Positions 28,518-38,263 of a DNA stretch of 64,000 bases are shown here, piece after piece; the first letter of the stretch is position 1, and each line of letters opens with the position of its first letter. The translations under genes were made by a program, and so were the position numbers. This DNA comes from Candidatus Omnitrophota bacterium (GTDB taxonomy: Bacteria; Omnitrophota; Omnitrophia; Omnitrophales; Aquincolibacteriaceae). The DNA lies in the NCBI GenBank assembly GCA_022709525.1, contig JAKLIQ010000001.1, positions 3,797 to 67,796 on the forward strand, read 5' to 3'. The notes under the pieces are model-generated. The model was given only the letters and a program-made list of their open reading frames with translations. It did not search any database and had not been told where the DNA came from.

Positions 28518-28550
28518 GACCTCCGCCCGAAAAGGCGGAGGTCTTTTTTT
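28518..28550 (+). terminator. rho-independent terminator
   Basis: GACCTCCGCC-cgaaaa-GGCGGAGGTC followed by TTTTTTT. Confidence 0.8.
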
Positions 28551-28609
28551 ATCCGCCTCCGGCGATTCGTGTTAAATTATCCCGTTCTTTTTGGGAAAGG
28601 AGCGGCGCC

Positions 28610-29026
28610 ATGAAGACCCATACGGAATACCTTTATTTTGAGACAAAAAAGAAACGCGATTACATGAATATCACGCCGCAAGTCGAGGCGGCCGTTCAAA
28701 AAAGCGGTGTCCGGGAAGGCCTTTGCCTCGTTAACCCCATGCACATCACGGCGAGCGTCTATATCAATGATGACGAAGACGGGCTCATCCAGGATTTCGA
28801 CGATTTCCTCGAAAAGATCGCGCCCTACGATCTCAAAGGTTACCGCCACCACCGGACCGGCGAGGATAACGGCGACGCGCACCTGAAGCGCCAGCTTTTC
28901 GGCCGCGAAGTTGTGGCCGCGATCACCAAAGGGCATTTGGATCTCGGAACCTGGGAGCGTATTTTTTACGCCGAATTCGACGGACGCCGCCGCAAACGCG
29001 TGATCGTCAAAATTATCGGTGAATGA
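28610..29026 (+). CDS. YjbQ-family (UPF0047) secondary thiamine-phosphate synthase-like protein
   Basis: …[19 protein letters not shown]…[13 protein letters not shown]…[13 protein letters not shown]…LGTWERIF…EFDG.R.R.V.VK… is the YjbQ pattern. Confidence 0.75.
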   Translation: MKTHTEYLYFETKKKRDYMNITPQVEAAVQKSGVREGLCLVNPMHITASVYINDDEDGLIQDFDDFLEKIAPYDLKGYRHHRTGEDNGDAHLKRQLFGREVVAAITKGHLDLGTWERIFYAEFDGRRRKRVIVKIIGE

Positions 29027-29045
29027 ACTATTAAAAAAAGGAATT

Positions 29046-29120
29046 CGGGACTCGTTTCTAGGGACTCGAAAAACAAGACATAAAGTGAGTCCCTAGTCCC
29101 GAGAGACAAGTCCCAATCTT
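29046..29120. repeat. REP-like GGGACTCG inverted-repeat element, copy 2
   Basis: CGGGACTCGTTTCTAGGGACTCG…GAGTCCCTAGTCCCGAGAGACAAGTCCC after the yjbQ stop. Confidence 0.7.
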
Positions 29121-29130
29121 TTAAGGTTTT

Positions 29131-31179
29131 ATGGCGCACACCTACCGTAACAGGCCCAAGAAATACCGTAAAAAAGTTCATACGCCTCTGCCTCCCAGGA
29201 TCGAGAAGAAAGAAGAGCGCCGGATCTGGGTCGGCGATGAAGCGGTCATCGAGAAGCATTTTTTGAATCTGACGCGCCTTTTGCGCGACGAAGAGCGGGA
29301 AGAGCAGAACCGTTTTAAAGAGGATTTCCTGGACCGGAAACCCGACGAACGGGAAAAAAAGGGAAAAGCGCTCTACCGCCTTGAACTTCAGGAGATCCAT
29401 TACAATCCTTCCGGGCAAAAACTTTTAACTTTCTCATTCCAAAACGGCAGGCCGCTGCCCCGCTATTCATTAATAGCCGGCGACGTTGTGTCGCTTTCGG
29501 GTTTCCAGACGCCGCCCGGGGAATGTCCCGTCGGCACTGTTTATGAGAAGGACCGTTTCCGCATCACGGTCGCTTTTGGCGGCAGGATCCCCGGATGGGT
29601 CGAACAGGAAAAAAGTTTTCAGCTGGGTATCGCCGAGAACCGCACGACTTACCAGCGTATGTACGAAGCGCTTCAGTTGACGCGCGCGGCGGACCATTCG
29701 CGTCTCGCGCTTCTCAGGGATATCAGCCTTGGCCTTAAAAAACCGCGCCTGGGCGATCCTGTCCCCGCCAAGGAACTCAGCGATCTTGATCCCGCGCTGA
29801 ACAGCGACCAGAAAAAAGCGGTCACGATGGCGCTTGAAATTCAAGATATCGTCCTCATCCACGGGCCTCCGGGAACGGGAAAAACGCGCGTTTTGACCGA
29901 GATCATCCGCCAGGCGGTCAAAAGAAATGAAACCGTCCTCGTCTCTGCTCCGAGCAATGCCGCGTGCGATCACATGGTGGAATGTCTCGCTGAAAAAAAG
30001 ATACCCGTCACGCGCCTGGGACATCCGGCGCGCGTCACCGAACGGATCCGCGAGCACACCTTAAGCTACAAACTTGCCGCGCACCCTTATGCCAAGATGA
30101 TCGATTCCCATGAAGCGCAGCTCGAGCAGTTTGCCCGGCAAAAGGAAAGAAGGCAGGAGCGCCGCGTCATGTCCTGGGAAGAGCGCAACGCCATGCGTGA
30201 AGAGGTCCACCGGTTGCGCGAAGATATCCGGGATCTCAAGGCTCAGATCTTCAAACAGGTTTGGAACGCCTCCGATGTGGTCGTTGCCACGCATACTGTT
30301 TGTGGCGATCCGCTGATCCAGGCCAAATCCTTCGATTGGGTGATCCTGGATGAGGCGACACAGGGGATCGAGCCGGCGACCTGGATCCCGATCCGTCATG
30401 GCGGTAAAGTTGTCTTGGCGGGAGACCACTGTCAGCTTCCGCCGACCGTATTACGTCCACGCCCCGGCGGGCATGACCTGAGTTTTACGCTTTTTGAGCG
30501 GCTGCATGAGATCCTGGGCCCGGAATTCAAGGTCCGGCTGGAGAAACAATATAGAATGCACGAGCATATTATGGATTTTTCATCGCGCGAGTTTTACGAA
30601 GGCGCGCTCGCGGCCGATCCCTCCGTTGCAGGGCACACGCTTCTGGATTTTAAGGCCGTCAAAAGAGAAGGGCTCGACGACGCGCCGGTGATCTTTCTTG
30701 ATACCGCCGGACTCGGCTATGAAGAAGAAGTCGAAGAAGGGACTGAAAGCCGCTATAATCCTCAGGAAGCAAAACTTGTGGTCGCCGAGCTTAACCGATT
30801 GGTCAAAGCGGGGATAACGCCCGAAGATATCGCGATCATCAGCCCCTACAGCGCCCAAGTGAAGCTTTTGACAAGCATGATCCTGGGGGACAAAGGGGAG
30901 CCGGCGGTTTTGGCCGCGCTTGAGATCGATAGCGTGGACGCATTTCAAGGCAGGGAAAAAGAGGCGGTGATCGTTTCGCTCGTGCGTTCTAACCGGGAAG
31001 GCCAGCTTGGTTTTTTGACCGATACGCGGCGCATGAATGTCGCGATGACACGGGCCAAACGTAAGCTCATCATGGTGGGCGACAGCGCGACACTTTCAAA
31101 CGACAAATTTTACGAAGATCTGCTGCGTTATATCGAATCAATAAACGGTTACCGCAGCGCGTGGGAAAATAAAAGCTAG
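29131..31179 (+). CDS. superfamily-1 Upf1/DNA2-like helicase (AAA_11/AAA_12)
   Basis: Walker A LIHGPPGTGKT; DEATQ box ILDEATQ; C-terminal motifs …VDAFQGREKEAVIVSLVRSN…. Confidence 0.75.
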   Translation: MAHTYRNRPKKYRKKVHTPLPPRIEKKEERRIWVGDEAVIEKHFLNLTRLLRDEEREEQNRFKEDFLDRKPDEREKKGKALYRLELQEIHYNPSGQKLLTFSFQNGRPLPRYSLIAGDVVSLSGFQTPPGECPVGTVYEKDRFRITVAFGGRIPGWVEQEKSFQLGIAENRTTYQRMYEALQLTRAADHSRLALLRDISLGLKKPRLGDPVPAKELSDLDPALNSDQKKAVTMALEIQDIVLIHGPPGTGKTRVLTEIIRQAVKRNETVLVSAPSNAACDHMVECLAEKKIPVTRLGHPARVTERIREHTLSYKLAAHPYAKMIDSHEAQLEQFARQKERRQERRVMSWEERNAMREEVHRLREDIRDLKAQIFKQVWNASDVVVATHTVCGDPLIQAKSFDWVILDEATQGIEPATWIPIRHGGKVVLAGDHCQLPPTVLRPRPGGHDLSFTLFERLHEILGPEFKVRLEKQYRMHEHIMDFSSREFYEGALAADPSVAGHTLLDFKAVKREGLDDAPVIFLDTAGLGYEEEVEEGTESRYNPQEAKLVVAELNRLVKAGITPEDIAIISPYSAQVKLLTSMILGDKGEPAVLAALEIDSVDAFQGREKEAVIVSLVRSNREGQLGFLTDTRRMNVAMTRAKRKLIMVGDSATLSNDKFYEDLLRYIESINGYRSAWENKS

Positions 31180-31180
31180 A

Positions 31181-31250
31181 AGTCAGAAGCCAGAGGACGG
31201 CAAACGAAGTTTTTATTCTGTTTTCTGATCTCTGTCCTCTGTTTTCTGTT
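31181..31250. terminator. hairpin / terminator-like element built from inverted CAGAnnA-type repeats
   Basis: GTCAGAAGCCAGAGGACGG…T-rich…CTGATCTCTGTCCTCTGTTTTCTG after the helicase stop. Confidence 0.5.
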
Positions 31251-31272
31251 TAAATCGCAAAGGAGGTTTCAG

Positions 31273-31542
31273 ATGCAATGTCCGCTTTCAGGGATTTCGG
31301 GGTGTCTTATGGCGCCGCAAACGCTTTTTTCGGTCATCGCGGCGATCGGTCTGGCGTTCGGGATTTTCTCAACTTTCTGGCCGGCCCGCTCGATCCGGCT
31401 TTACCAATGGATCATGGAACGTTTTAACTGGAAGGTCACGCCGATCGATGAGGCCCGGGAACTCCGGAATACCAAGATCCTCGGGATCGCGTTGATCCCA
31501 TTGAGCGTCGCGATCTTTGTGGCCGTATTTTTGCGCCGCTAA
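31273..31542 (+). CDS. small membrane protein
   Basis: ATG behind AAAGGAGG; two hydrophobic helices; 89 aa. Confidence 0.5.
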   Translation: MQCPLSGISGCLMAPQTLFSVIAAIGLAFGIFSTFWPARSIRLYQWIMERFNWKVTPIDEARELRNTKILGIALIPLSVAIFVAVFLRR

Positions 31543-31572
31543 GCTTCCGTTCGGTCAAACAAAGGGAAACTT

Positions 31573-32313
31573 GTGCTGAACATCCTGCTTTCTGTCTTTT
31601 TTTGGATCGCCTGCGTGACGCTCCTGGCGGTCCTTTATCTTGTTATGCTGGTTCTCCTTGTTTTCACTTTTCCTTTCGACAAACAAAGGAAGATCCTGCA
31701 TCGGCAATGTTTCTGGTGGTCGGACGCGATCATCGGCCTGAACCCGTATTGGAAGCTGCGGGTGAAGGGTCTCGAGAACACGGACCCGAAACGCACCTAT
31801 GTGATCGTCGCCAATCACCAAAGTCTGGCGGATATCGTGGTTCTTTATCAAACCCGGCTGCAATTTAAATGGGTGGCGAAGGAAAGTCTTTTCAGCATTC
31901 CTTTTTTGGGGTGGTGTTTGGGGCTTTGCCGGCATATCAGTCTCAAGCGCAAGGATCACGGAAGTATCCGCGGCGTTTACCGCGAGGCGATCGGCTATGT
32001 CCGCTCAGGGATGTCAGTTCTCTTTTTCCCCGAAGGGTCCCGCAGCGAAACAGGCGAAATGCATCCTTTCCAGAACGGCGCGTTTAAGCTCGCGATCTCC
32101 GAAAAAGTCCCGGTCCTGCCCATTGTGATCAACGGCACGCGCGACGCGATCCCTAAAAACGACTGGGTCATGCGCTCCAAGGTTTTTTGCGAGATGACCG
32201 TGCTCGAGCCCATCGAAACAAGCCAGCTGCGCGCGGACGATTTTGAAAAATTAAGCCAAACCGTCCGCTCGAGGATCGCCAAAACTCTTTCCCGCCCTCC
32301 CGCCATCTCGTAG
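31573..32313 (+). CDS. plsC: 1-acyl-sn-glycerol-3-phosphate acyltransferase
   Basis: HxxxxD motif VANHQSLADI and FPEGSRS acyltransferase motifs; N-terminal TM. Non-ATG start per the ORF track. Confidence 0.8.
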   Translation: MLNILLSVFFWIACVTLLAVLYLVMLVLLVFTFPFDKQRKILHRQCFWWSDAIIGLNPYWKLRVKGLENTDPKRTYVIVANHQSLADIVVLYQTRLQFKWVAKESLFSIPFLGWCLGLCRHISLKRKDHGSIRGVYREAIGYVRSGMSVLFFPEGSRSETGEMHPFQNGAFKLAISEKVPVLPIVINGTRDAIPKNDWVMRSKVFCEMTVLEPIETSQLRADDFEKLSQTVRSRIAKTLSRPPAIS

Positions 32314-32333
32314 CGATTTTCCTTTCAAAGGAG

Positions 32334-32362
32334 TTGACATTCCCGGGGGTATCCGTTACACT
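32334..32362 (+). promoter_or_regulatory. sigma-70-like promoter for fur-feoAB (TTGACA-17-TACACT); possible Fur box just downstream
   Basis: TTGACAttcccgggggtatccgtTACACT, followed by the AT-rich ttcttattcagacttaatcttaataagg before the fur ATG. Confidence 0.5.
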
Positions 32363-32405
32363 TCTTTCTTATTCAGACTTAATCTTAATAAGGAATTTCT
32401 CGTTT

Positions 32406-32834
32406 ATGGTCAAAAATAAAAAAGAATTCGAGGGTTTTATCCGGAATAAAGGATGCCGTCTGACCGGCGAGCGCATGAAACTGATCGAAGGGATCAAGCG
32501 CCAGCGCGGTCATTTTAACGTGGATATTCTCGTCTCTTGCCTAAAAAAACAGGGCCTGAAGGTCTCGCGCGACACGGTTTACCGGAATCTGCCGATCCTG
32601 CTTGAATCCGGCGTGATCGCCCAAAGTTTTCGCACAAGCCGGGACACCTATTATGAGTGCGCCTATACAAAAACCCACCACGATCATTTGATTTGCCGTG
32701 ATTGCGGGCGGGTCGTGGAGTTCAAGGATCCCGGGATCGAAAGGTCGCAGCAGCGCGTTTCCCGGAAGAACGGTTTTAAACTCGAATATCATTGTCATCA
32801 ACTCGTGGGGCTTTGTAAAAAATGCCAACATTAA
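32406..32834 (+). CDS. fur: Fur-family transcriptional regulator (ferric uptake regulator)
   Basis: Start MVKNKKEF at 32406 within ORF 32334..32834. …HHDHLICRDCGRVVEF… and C-terminal CxxC. Confidence 0.8.
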   Translation: MVKNKKEFEGFIRNKGCRLTGERMKLIEGIKRQRGHFNVDILVSCLKKQGLKVSRDTVYRNLPILLESGVIAQSFRTSRDTYYECAYTKTHHDHLICRDCGRVVEFKDPGIERSQQRVSRKNGFKLEYHCHQLVGLCKKCQH

Positions 32835-33115
32835 CGCCTGTAACTTTGGACCAATTGCTTCCTGGCGAAAGCGGCGTGATCTTAGGATACGCCAAAGCGC
32901 AAGCCCTGCATCACCGGCTCAAAGAGCTCGGTCTTGTGGAAGGAACGAGGATCAAAGTAAAACGTTGCGCGCCGCTTGGCGATCCGATGGAGTTTGTGAT
33001 CCGCGGCTATCATCTGTCGATCCGGAAGGAAGACGCCCGTTGTGTTCTCATTCAAAAAGACGAAGATGCAGATTACAGCTGCGGCCGAAGGCACCGGCAT
33101 AGGAGTGGTTCATGA
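32822..33115 (+). CDS. feoA: ferrous iron transport protein A
   Basis: …GESGVILGY…HRLKELGLVEGTRIKVKRCAPLGDPMEF… is an SH3-like FeoA. Confidence 0.7.
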   Translation: MPTLTPVTLDQLLPGESGVILGYAKAQALHHRLKELGLVEGTRIKVKRCAPLGDPMEFVIRGYHLSIRKEDARCVLIQKDEDADYSCGRRHRHRSGS

Positions 33116-35094
33116 CCGCTTCAGGCATGAAGGAAATCGTGCTGGCGGGCAATCCCAACACCGGGAAGACCACGGTTTTTAATGCGCTCACGGGTTTGCG
33201 GCATACGACCGCCAATTATCCCGGTGTGACGGTCGAAAAACGCGCCGGTATGATGAAATTAAAGAACGGTGAAACCGTTTCCGTGATCGACCTTCCCGGC
33301 GCTTACAGCCTTTTGCCGCGTTCTCCCGACGAGAAAGTGGTGCATAACGTTCTTCTTGGCGCGCAGAAGGGAACGCCGCCTCCCGACCTCGTGGTGGTCG
33401 TCCTCGCGGCGAACAACCTTGAACGTAATCTTTATTTCGGGACGCAGGTCGCAAGCCTCGGCTTGAGGACCGTTTTTGCGGTCAATATGTGGGATGCGGC
33501 GCAGGAGCAGGGGCTTGGGATCGATCTCAACCGTCTTCAAAACATGACGGGCGTTCCATGTGTCCCGACCGTTGGGACGGATCCGAAAGGGATCGAAAAA
33601 CTTCAAGCCGCGATCGAAGAAGAGCTTGCGAAGCCCTCGGTCCGGGAAAACACCTTTGATCCTAAGATCTCGCCGGAAGTCCGTTACAAAACCATTGAAA
33701 ATATTGTTACTGCCATAGTCAAGCATCCCGGCGAAAAAAAGATCACCCTCTCAGAGAGGATCGACCGCGTCCTGACGCATCGCGTCTGGGGGCTCCTCGC
33801 ATTCCTGGGCGTCATGACGTTTGTTTTTCAATCGATCTTCAGCTGGGCCCAGGTCCCGATGGACTGGGTTTCACGGGGGATAGAATATCTTGCGTCATGG
33901 ACCCGGGCCATTCTGCCTGACGGAGCTCTTGAAAGCCTCGTGGTGGACGGCGTGATCGCGGGCGTGGGCAATGTGGTGGTGTTCCTGCCGCAGATCATGC
34001 TGCTTTTCTTTTTTATCGCTTTTTTTGAGGATACCGGTTATATGGCCCGCGCGGTTTTTGTGCTCGATAGGATCATGAAAATGGTAGGGCTGAACGGCAA
34101 GGCATTTTTACCGCTTCTCAGTTCTTTCGCATGCACCGTTCCGGGTGTTCTGGCGACGCGGACGATCGAGGATCGCAATGACCGGCTCGCGACCATCCTG
34201 GTTGCGCCGCTTATGAGTTGCAGCGCACGGCTTCCGATCTATACGTTGCTTGCGGCGGCGTTCGTACCCGCCAAGACTTTTTTCCATGTTTTTTCACTGC
34301 AGGGAGCGACGCTTCTTGCGATGTATCTTTTAAGCATCGGGACCGGCCTGGGGATGGCCGCGATTTTTCGCAAAACATTTTTAAAGGGAAACCAGGTCCC
34401 GTTCGTTTTTGAACTGCCGCCCTACCGGATGCCGCATTTCGGGACCATTCTTGCGGCGATGTGGGATCGCTCCAAAGAATTTATCGTAAGGGCCGGGAGC
34501 ATCATCTTTCTTCTTTCGATCGTGCTTTGGTTTTGCGTGAGTTATCCCAAAAATCCCGCCGCCGAAACCAGCTTTTCTTTACTAAAAAAACAAGCGGAGA
34601 CCTCTCTCGCGGGAGACGCATTAAAATCGCGCCTTTCGGAGATCGATCAAACGCAAAAAGATTTCCAGATCCGGACAAGTTTTGCCGGCTCCTTTGGCAG
34701 GGCGATCGAGCCCGCGATCCGTCCCTTGGGTTTCAACTGGGAGATCGGGATCGGGATCGTCGCTTCATTCGCCGCGCGCGAACTTTTGATCAGCACGCTC
34801 GCGATCGTCCATCACGCACAAAGCGAAGGGGAGGGCATGACGGCAAGTCTGATCGAAGCCCTGCAATCCGCCAAATCCCCGGAAACAGGCAAGCCGCTTT
34901 ATACGCCGCTCGTCGCGATCGCGCTTATGGTGTTTTATGTTTTTGCCTGCCAGTGTTTTTCGACCTATGCTGTCCTCAAGCGGGAAACCGGTTCCTGGGG
35001 CTGGACCTTTTTCACGGTCGCCTACATGACAGGCCTCGCCTGGGGCAGCGCTTTTATCGTTTATCAGGGCGGACAACTATTGGGTTTCAAGTAA
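33112..35094 (+). CDS. feoB: ferrous iron transport protein B
   Basis: G-domain IVLAGNPNTGKTTVFNALTG followed by a large polytopic permease; 660 aa. Confidence 0.9.
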   Translation: MTASGMKEIVLAGNPNTGKTTVFNALTGLRHTTANYPGVTVEKRAGMMKLKNGETVSVIDLPGAYSLLPRSPDEKVVHNVLLGAQKGTPPPDLVVVVLAANNLERNLYFGTQVASLGLRTVFAVNMWDAAQEQGLGIDLNRLQNMTGVPCVPTVGTDPKGIEKLQAAIEEELAKPSVRENTFDPKISPEVRYKTIENIVTAIVKHPGEKKITLSERIDRVLTHRVWGLLAFLGVMTFVFQSIFSWAQVPMDWVSRGIEYLASWTRAILPDGALESLVVDGVIAGVGNVVVFLPQIMLLFFFIAFFEDTGYMARAVFVLDRIMKMVGLNGKAFLPLLSSFACTVPGVLATRTIEDRNDRLATILVAPLMSCSARLPIYTLLAAAFVPAKTFFHVFSLQGATLLAMYLLSIGTGLGMAAIFRKTFLKGNQVPFVFELPPYRMPHFGTILAAMWDRSKEFIVRAGSIIFLLSIVLWFCVSYPKNPAAETSFSLLKKQAETSLAGDALKSRLSEIDQTQKDFQIRTSFAGSFGRAIEPAIRPLGFNWEIGIGIVASFAARELLISTLAIVHHAQSEGEGMTASLIEALQSAKSPETGKPLYTPLVAIALMVFYVFACQCFSTYAVLKRETGSWGWTFFTVAYMTGLAWGSAFIVYQGGQLLGFK

Positions 35095-35138
35095 AGGGGC
35101 GAAGCGTTTTAGCCGTCTTATAAGAAGCGGAGATATTT

Positions 35139-35315
35139 ATGGATCAGAATGAGATCATCGCTTTAAGCATCGTCGCCCTCGCCGCGCTTCTGGCGCTCCG
35201 GCATTTCATCTCCACAAAGGGCGGGGGAGGGTGCTGCGGCTCGGATTGCCTGCCGGGAAGCAAGCTGAAATCCGAAAAAAAAGATCAGAAAGAAACGAAA
35301 GAAATTAAAAAATGA
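35139..35315 (+). CDS. FeoB-associated Cys-rich small membrane protein (58 aa; not in the supplied ORF track)
   Basis: MDQNEIIALSIVALAALLALRHFISTKGGGGCCGSDCLPGSKLKSEKKDQKETKEIKK: one TM plus a CCGxxC motif. The stop overlaps the next gene's ATG (ATGA). Confidence 0.6.
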   Translation: MDQNEIIALSIVALAALLALRHFISTKGGGGCCGSDCLPGSKLKSEKKDQKETKEIKK

Positions 35316-36247
35316 CATTTTCTTATCAAAACTTTAAGGCGGCGGTTTTTCTGATCACCCTGCTGTATTTTTGGCCGGTCTTACTTTACGCCACCCACGC
35401 CGACGAAAATATCGTGATGGAAGAACATTCCAAAGTAATGACCACCGACGCGACTCCCAATGATCCTGGCCAAGTGGAGGTTTGGACCTCCTATGCGGTT
35501 CAAGGCGGCAAATTCGATTGGTTATCGGACGGCGAAAGAAAGAACCGGGGAACTTATTTGGCTCAGAGCTGGGAGACGCAGATCACCTTGGGAGTTTATA
35601 ACGGCATCGATATCGGGATCATCGGGTGGTTCCAGCACACCTTGGACAAATCAAACAACTACAATGAGTTTCGAGACATGATGGACCCGGATACCGGCGG
35701 AGTCATGGAGGACACGACGGAAGGGCCGACGCATGGGTTCGGGTGGGGAGATCTCGGCGTTACGGGTCATTGGCGGTTCTATGATTCCGCGGAAAAAAAG
35801 CTCGAGATCTCTTATATCCCTTTGCTTTTTGTCCCGACCGGCCGGCGGAGCAATCTCGATCATATCGGCGCAAGCCAAGGTTATACCAGCCTGGACAACT
35901 CACTCGCCTTCACCAAGGATGTCGGGCGTTGGAACGGGACCCTGAATCTTGGCTACAATTCACCGCTCGCGCACTGGGAGCGCACGGGTCATTATTACGG
36001 GACAGGCCACGTCAATTTTGCGGTTGGGTGTCAGGTGTTGAGCTGGCTTCAGCCGGAAGCCGAGCTTATCTATCAGCATGATTTCGGCGGACACGGTATG
36101 ACCGCGAATCTGTTCAGTGTTGTCGTTGGCCTTATCATGCCTTTCGGGGACCATGTGCGCGCCGAGATGGGCGTTCAACAGGATGTTCTCGGAAGCAATA
36201 AGATCCAGACCACCTCCGGCATCTTCAGCCTCGCGTTTTTGACCTGA
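35312..36247 (+). CDS. outer-membrane beta-barrel protein (transporter / MetA-pathway-like)
   Basis: Signal peptide, then an alternating amphipathic beta-strand pattern ending in a C-terminal aromatic (…SLAFLT). Confidence 0.5.
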   Translation: MTFSYQNFKAAVFLITLLYFWPVLLYATHADENIVMEEHSKVMTTDATPNDPGQVEVWTSYAVQGGKFDWLSDGERKNRGTYLAQSWETQITLGVYNGIDIGIIGWFQHTLDKSNNYNEFRDMMDPDTGGVMEDTTEGPTHGFGWGDLGVTGHWRFYDSAEKKLEISYIPLLFVPTGRRSNLDHIGASQGYTSLDNSLAFTKDVGRWNGTLNLGYNSPLAHWERTGHYYGTGHVNFAVGCQVLSWLQPEAELIYQHDFGGHGMTANLFSVVVGLIMPFGDHVRAEMGVQQDVLGSNKIQTTSGIFSLAFLT

Positions 36248-36955
36248 TCAAAGGGTAAGCGTTCCGCCTTCGCGCAACACCGCGCAATTTTGGGGGTAGA
36301 TTTTTTTGAATAGGCTAGCCGCGACTGCGCCGGTGCAGTGGAGGGGGAGGACCTTTCGGACGCCGAGGGTTTGAAGTTCCGTGATGATCTTTTTGTTTTC
36401 TTCGTGCGTATTATCCTTCATGTGGAATCCGCCGCAAACTGCGTAGATCTTCTTTCCGAATATCTTGACGGCCCGCCTGACAATACGAACGATCCCCGGA
36501 TGGGCGCAGCCCGTGATCACTGAAAAGCCATTCCTTGATTTCACGACCAATGCTTGCTCATAAAGGATACCGCGTCCCGTGCCCGCCCGCATTTGGCCAA
36601 GAGAATAAATGTTGGGAGCGATCCGCCGGGTTTTACGGACTTCAACGGGGATACCACCATTCGCGCGAATCAAGCGCTTAAGTTCTTTTCCGGTCTTTGC
36701 GCAGATATAAACCTTTGTTCCCAGTTGCGTCCGGAGGAATCCTTCGAGCCCCGCGGTGTGGTCCCAATCCTCATGCGAGATCGCCACATGCTTGACACGC
36801 GAAAGGTCGATCTTGAAACGGCGGATATTTTTCCAGAAGATGTCCGAGCGGCCGAAGGTATCGAATAAAACATTGCCGACTAGAAAAGAAACGCCCCACC
36901 GGAGCGCTTTCCGCTCCCGCTTAGTCGATCCTTCCGCGATGAGCCGCAGTTTCAT
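36248..36955 (-). CDS. MBL-fold metallo-hydrolase
   Basis: HxHxDH motif ISHEDWDHTAG; 235 aa. Confidence 0.7.
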   Translation of the reverse strand: MKLRLIAEGSTKRERKALRWGVSFLVGNVLFDTFGRSDIFWKNIRRFKIDLSRVKHVAISHEDWDHTAGLEGFLRTQLGTKVYICAKTGKELKRLIRANGGIPVEVRKTRRIAPNIYSLGQMRAGTGRGILYEQALVVKSRNGFSVITGCAHPGIVRIVRRAVKIFGKKIYAVCGGFHMKDNTHEENKKIITELQTLGVRKVLPLHCTGAVAASLFKKIYPQNCAVLREGGTLTL

Positions 36956-37311
36956 TTTCCTTCTATCGCTTCGGCGGCTTTTTCAACGCAGCCAACGCAT
37001 GGCAGCTTTTTCAGAGCTTTGATCTCCCGGCATTTCAGGGATCCCGCCGCGGAGCGCAGGTATTCCATGCTTTCCGGAGCCTGCCGGGGGAGGTGGTGTT
37101 CCAAAATACATTTGGCCGCGTAGAATGCGCCGCAGTATCCCCCGGGCGCCATGCCGCCGCCGCAGGCAGAAAGAATAGCGGCCCTTTTTTCATCCAAAGG
37201 GAACCGCTCCCGGAATGTCTCGGCGACGGATCGGGCGCAATTGAGCCGGGGCCGCCCGTTTTTCCCAAGAAAATAATCCTTGGCTTTCTCTTTCATAAAA
37301 ATCAGTGGCAA
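36952..37311 (-). CDS. C_GCAxxG_C_C family protein
   Basis: …LNCARSVAETF…ACGGGMAPGGYCGAF… is the characteristic Cys pattern. ATGA overlap downstream. Confidence 0.6.
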   Translation of the reverse strand: MPLIFMKEKAKDYFLGKNGRPRLNCARSVAETFRERFPLDEKRAAILSACGGGMAPGGYCGAFYAAKCILEHHLPRQAPESMEYLRSAAGSLKCREIKALKKLPCVGCVEKAAEAIEGK

Positions 37312-37667
37312 CCGTGCTCGGCGCAGGCGTTCGCGGCGGTCAATTCCGGCAGCCCGCCTTTCAGGAATTGCGCGATCAAGTGCTCAACGGTTCCCGGGAC
37401 GGCGCGATAAACCTTAATTCCGCCCTCGTTCAGCTTTTGAACGGCCCGCCCGCCCATTCCGCCGGTCACGACCACATCGATCTTTTTCCCGGCAAGAGCG
37501 CTCATGGGGTGGCACATGCCGTGAGAATGATGCTGGTTCGCATTATCGATGATCTCGGCCGTATTTTTGTCCGTGTCATAAACAGTAAAATAGGGTGCGC
37601 TTCCGAAATGTTCATAAACCTGCGCGGATTTTCCTTCTTTGGTTTGGGTGGGAATACAGATCCTCAT
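37302..37667 (-). CDS. NifB/NifX-family FeMo-cofactor-binding domain protein (Nitro_FeMo-Co)
   Basis: MRICIPT…VYEHFGSAPYFTVYD… …VVVTGGMGGRAVQKLNEGGIKVY…; 121 aa. Confidence 0.65.
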   Translation of the reverse strand: MRICIPTQTKEGKSAQVYEHFGSAPYFTVYDTDKNTAEIIDNANQHHSHGMCHPMSALAGKKIDVVVTGGMGGRAVQKLNEGGIKVYRAVPGTVEHLIAQFLKGGLPELTAANACAEHGCH

Positions 37668-38263
37668 AAGCTCCTCCTTTGGGCTATAAAAATTTGGTGA
37701 CAGGTATGACGGTAACTTTTTACGATGAAACCGTTTTTCAAAAGGTATTTTCTTAATGTTGAAAGCGGTATGGCGGGTGTTGCATGTTTTTTGCCCTCGC
37801 TTCGATGGACAAGATCCATGATCTTCATGCCTTTTCTATTAAGGTCTGCGAGCGTCAGGATTTTCCGCGCTACTCGCATCATTTCCCGGAGGCAGCGAAG
37901 AGGATTTTTGGCGTGATGAAAAAAATCCACCGAGATCACATGATCGAAGCTCCGGGTCCGGAAGGGGAGTTTTTCGGCGTTCATTTTGCGTAGCAATATG
38001 CGGCGGCCCGCTTTTGCTGTTGAAAGATGGATCTTCGCGGTAGCGAGCGCTTCCGGATCAAGATCAATGGAAATCGCACGGAGGTTCTTTTTCGCGAGGA
38101 GTTTGGTTAAATGTCCCTTACCGGTCCCGATCTCAAGGACCGTTCCATTCCGAATGCCGGATTTTTCCAAGATGTATTTTCGCGAAGCGGGGAGATCATA
38201 GCCATACCGTTTGAATTGGCCGATGCGCGTTGCCAGTTTTGACAGCACCGCTTTTTTCGTCAT
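37664..38263 (-). CDS. class I SAM-dependent methyltransferase
   Basis: Start MTKKAVL at 38263 overlaps the upstream stop (ATGA). Motif I VLEIGTGKGHLT. Confidence 0.7.
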   Translation of the reverse strand: MTKKAVLSKLATRIGQFKRYGYDLPASRKYILEKSGIRNGTVLEIGTGKGHLTKLLAKKNLRAISIDLDPEALATAKIHLSTAKAGRRILLRKMNAEKLPFRTRSFDHVISVDFFHHAKNPLRCLREMMRVARKILTLADLNRKGMKIMDLVHRSEGKKHATPAIPLSTLRKYLLKNGFIVKSYRHTCHQIFIAQRRSL

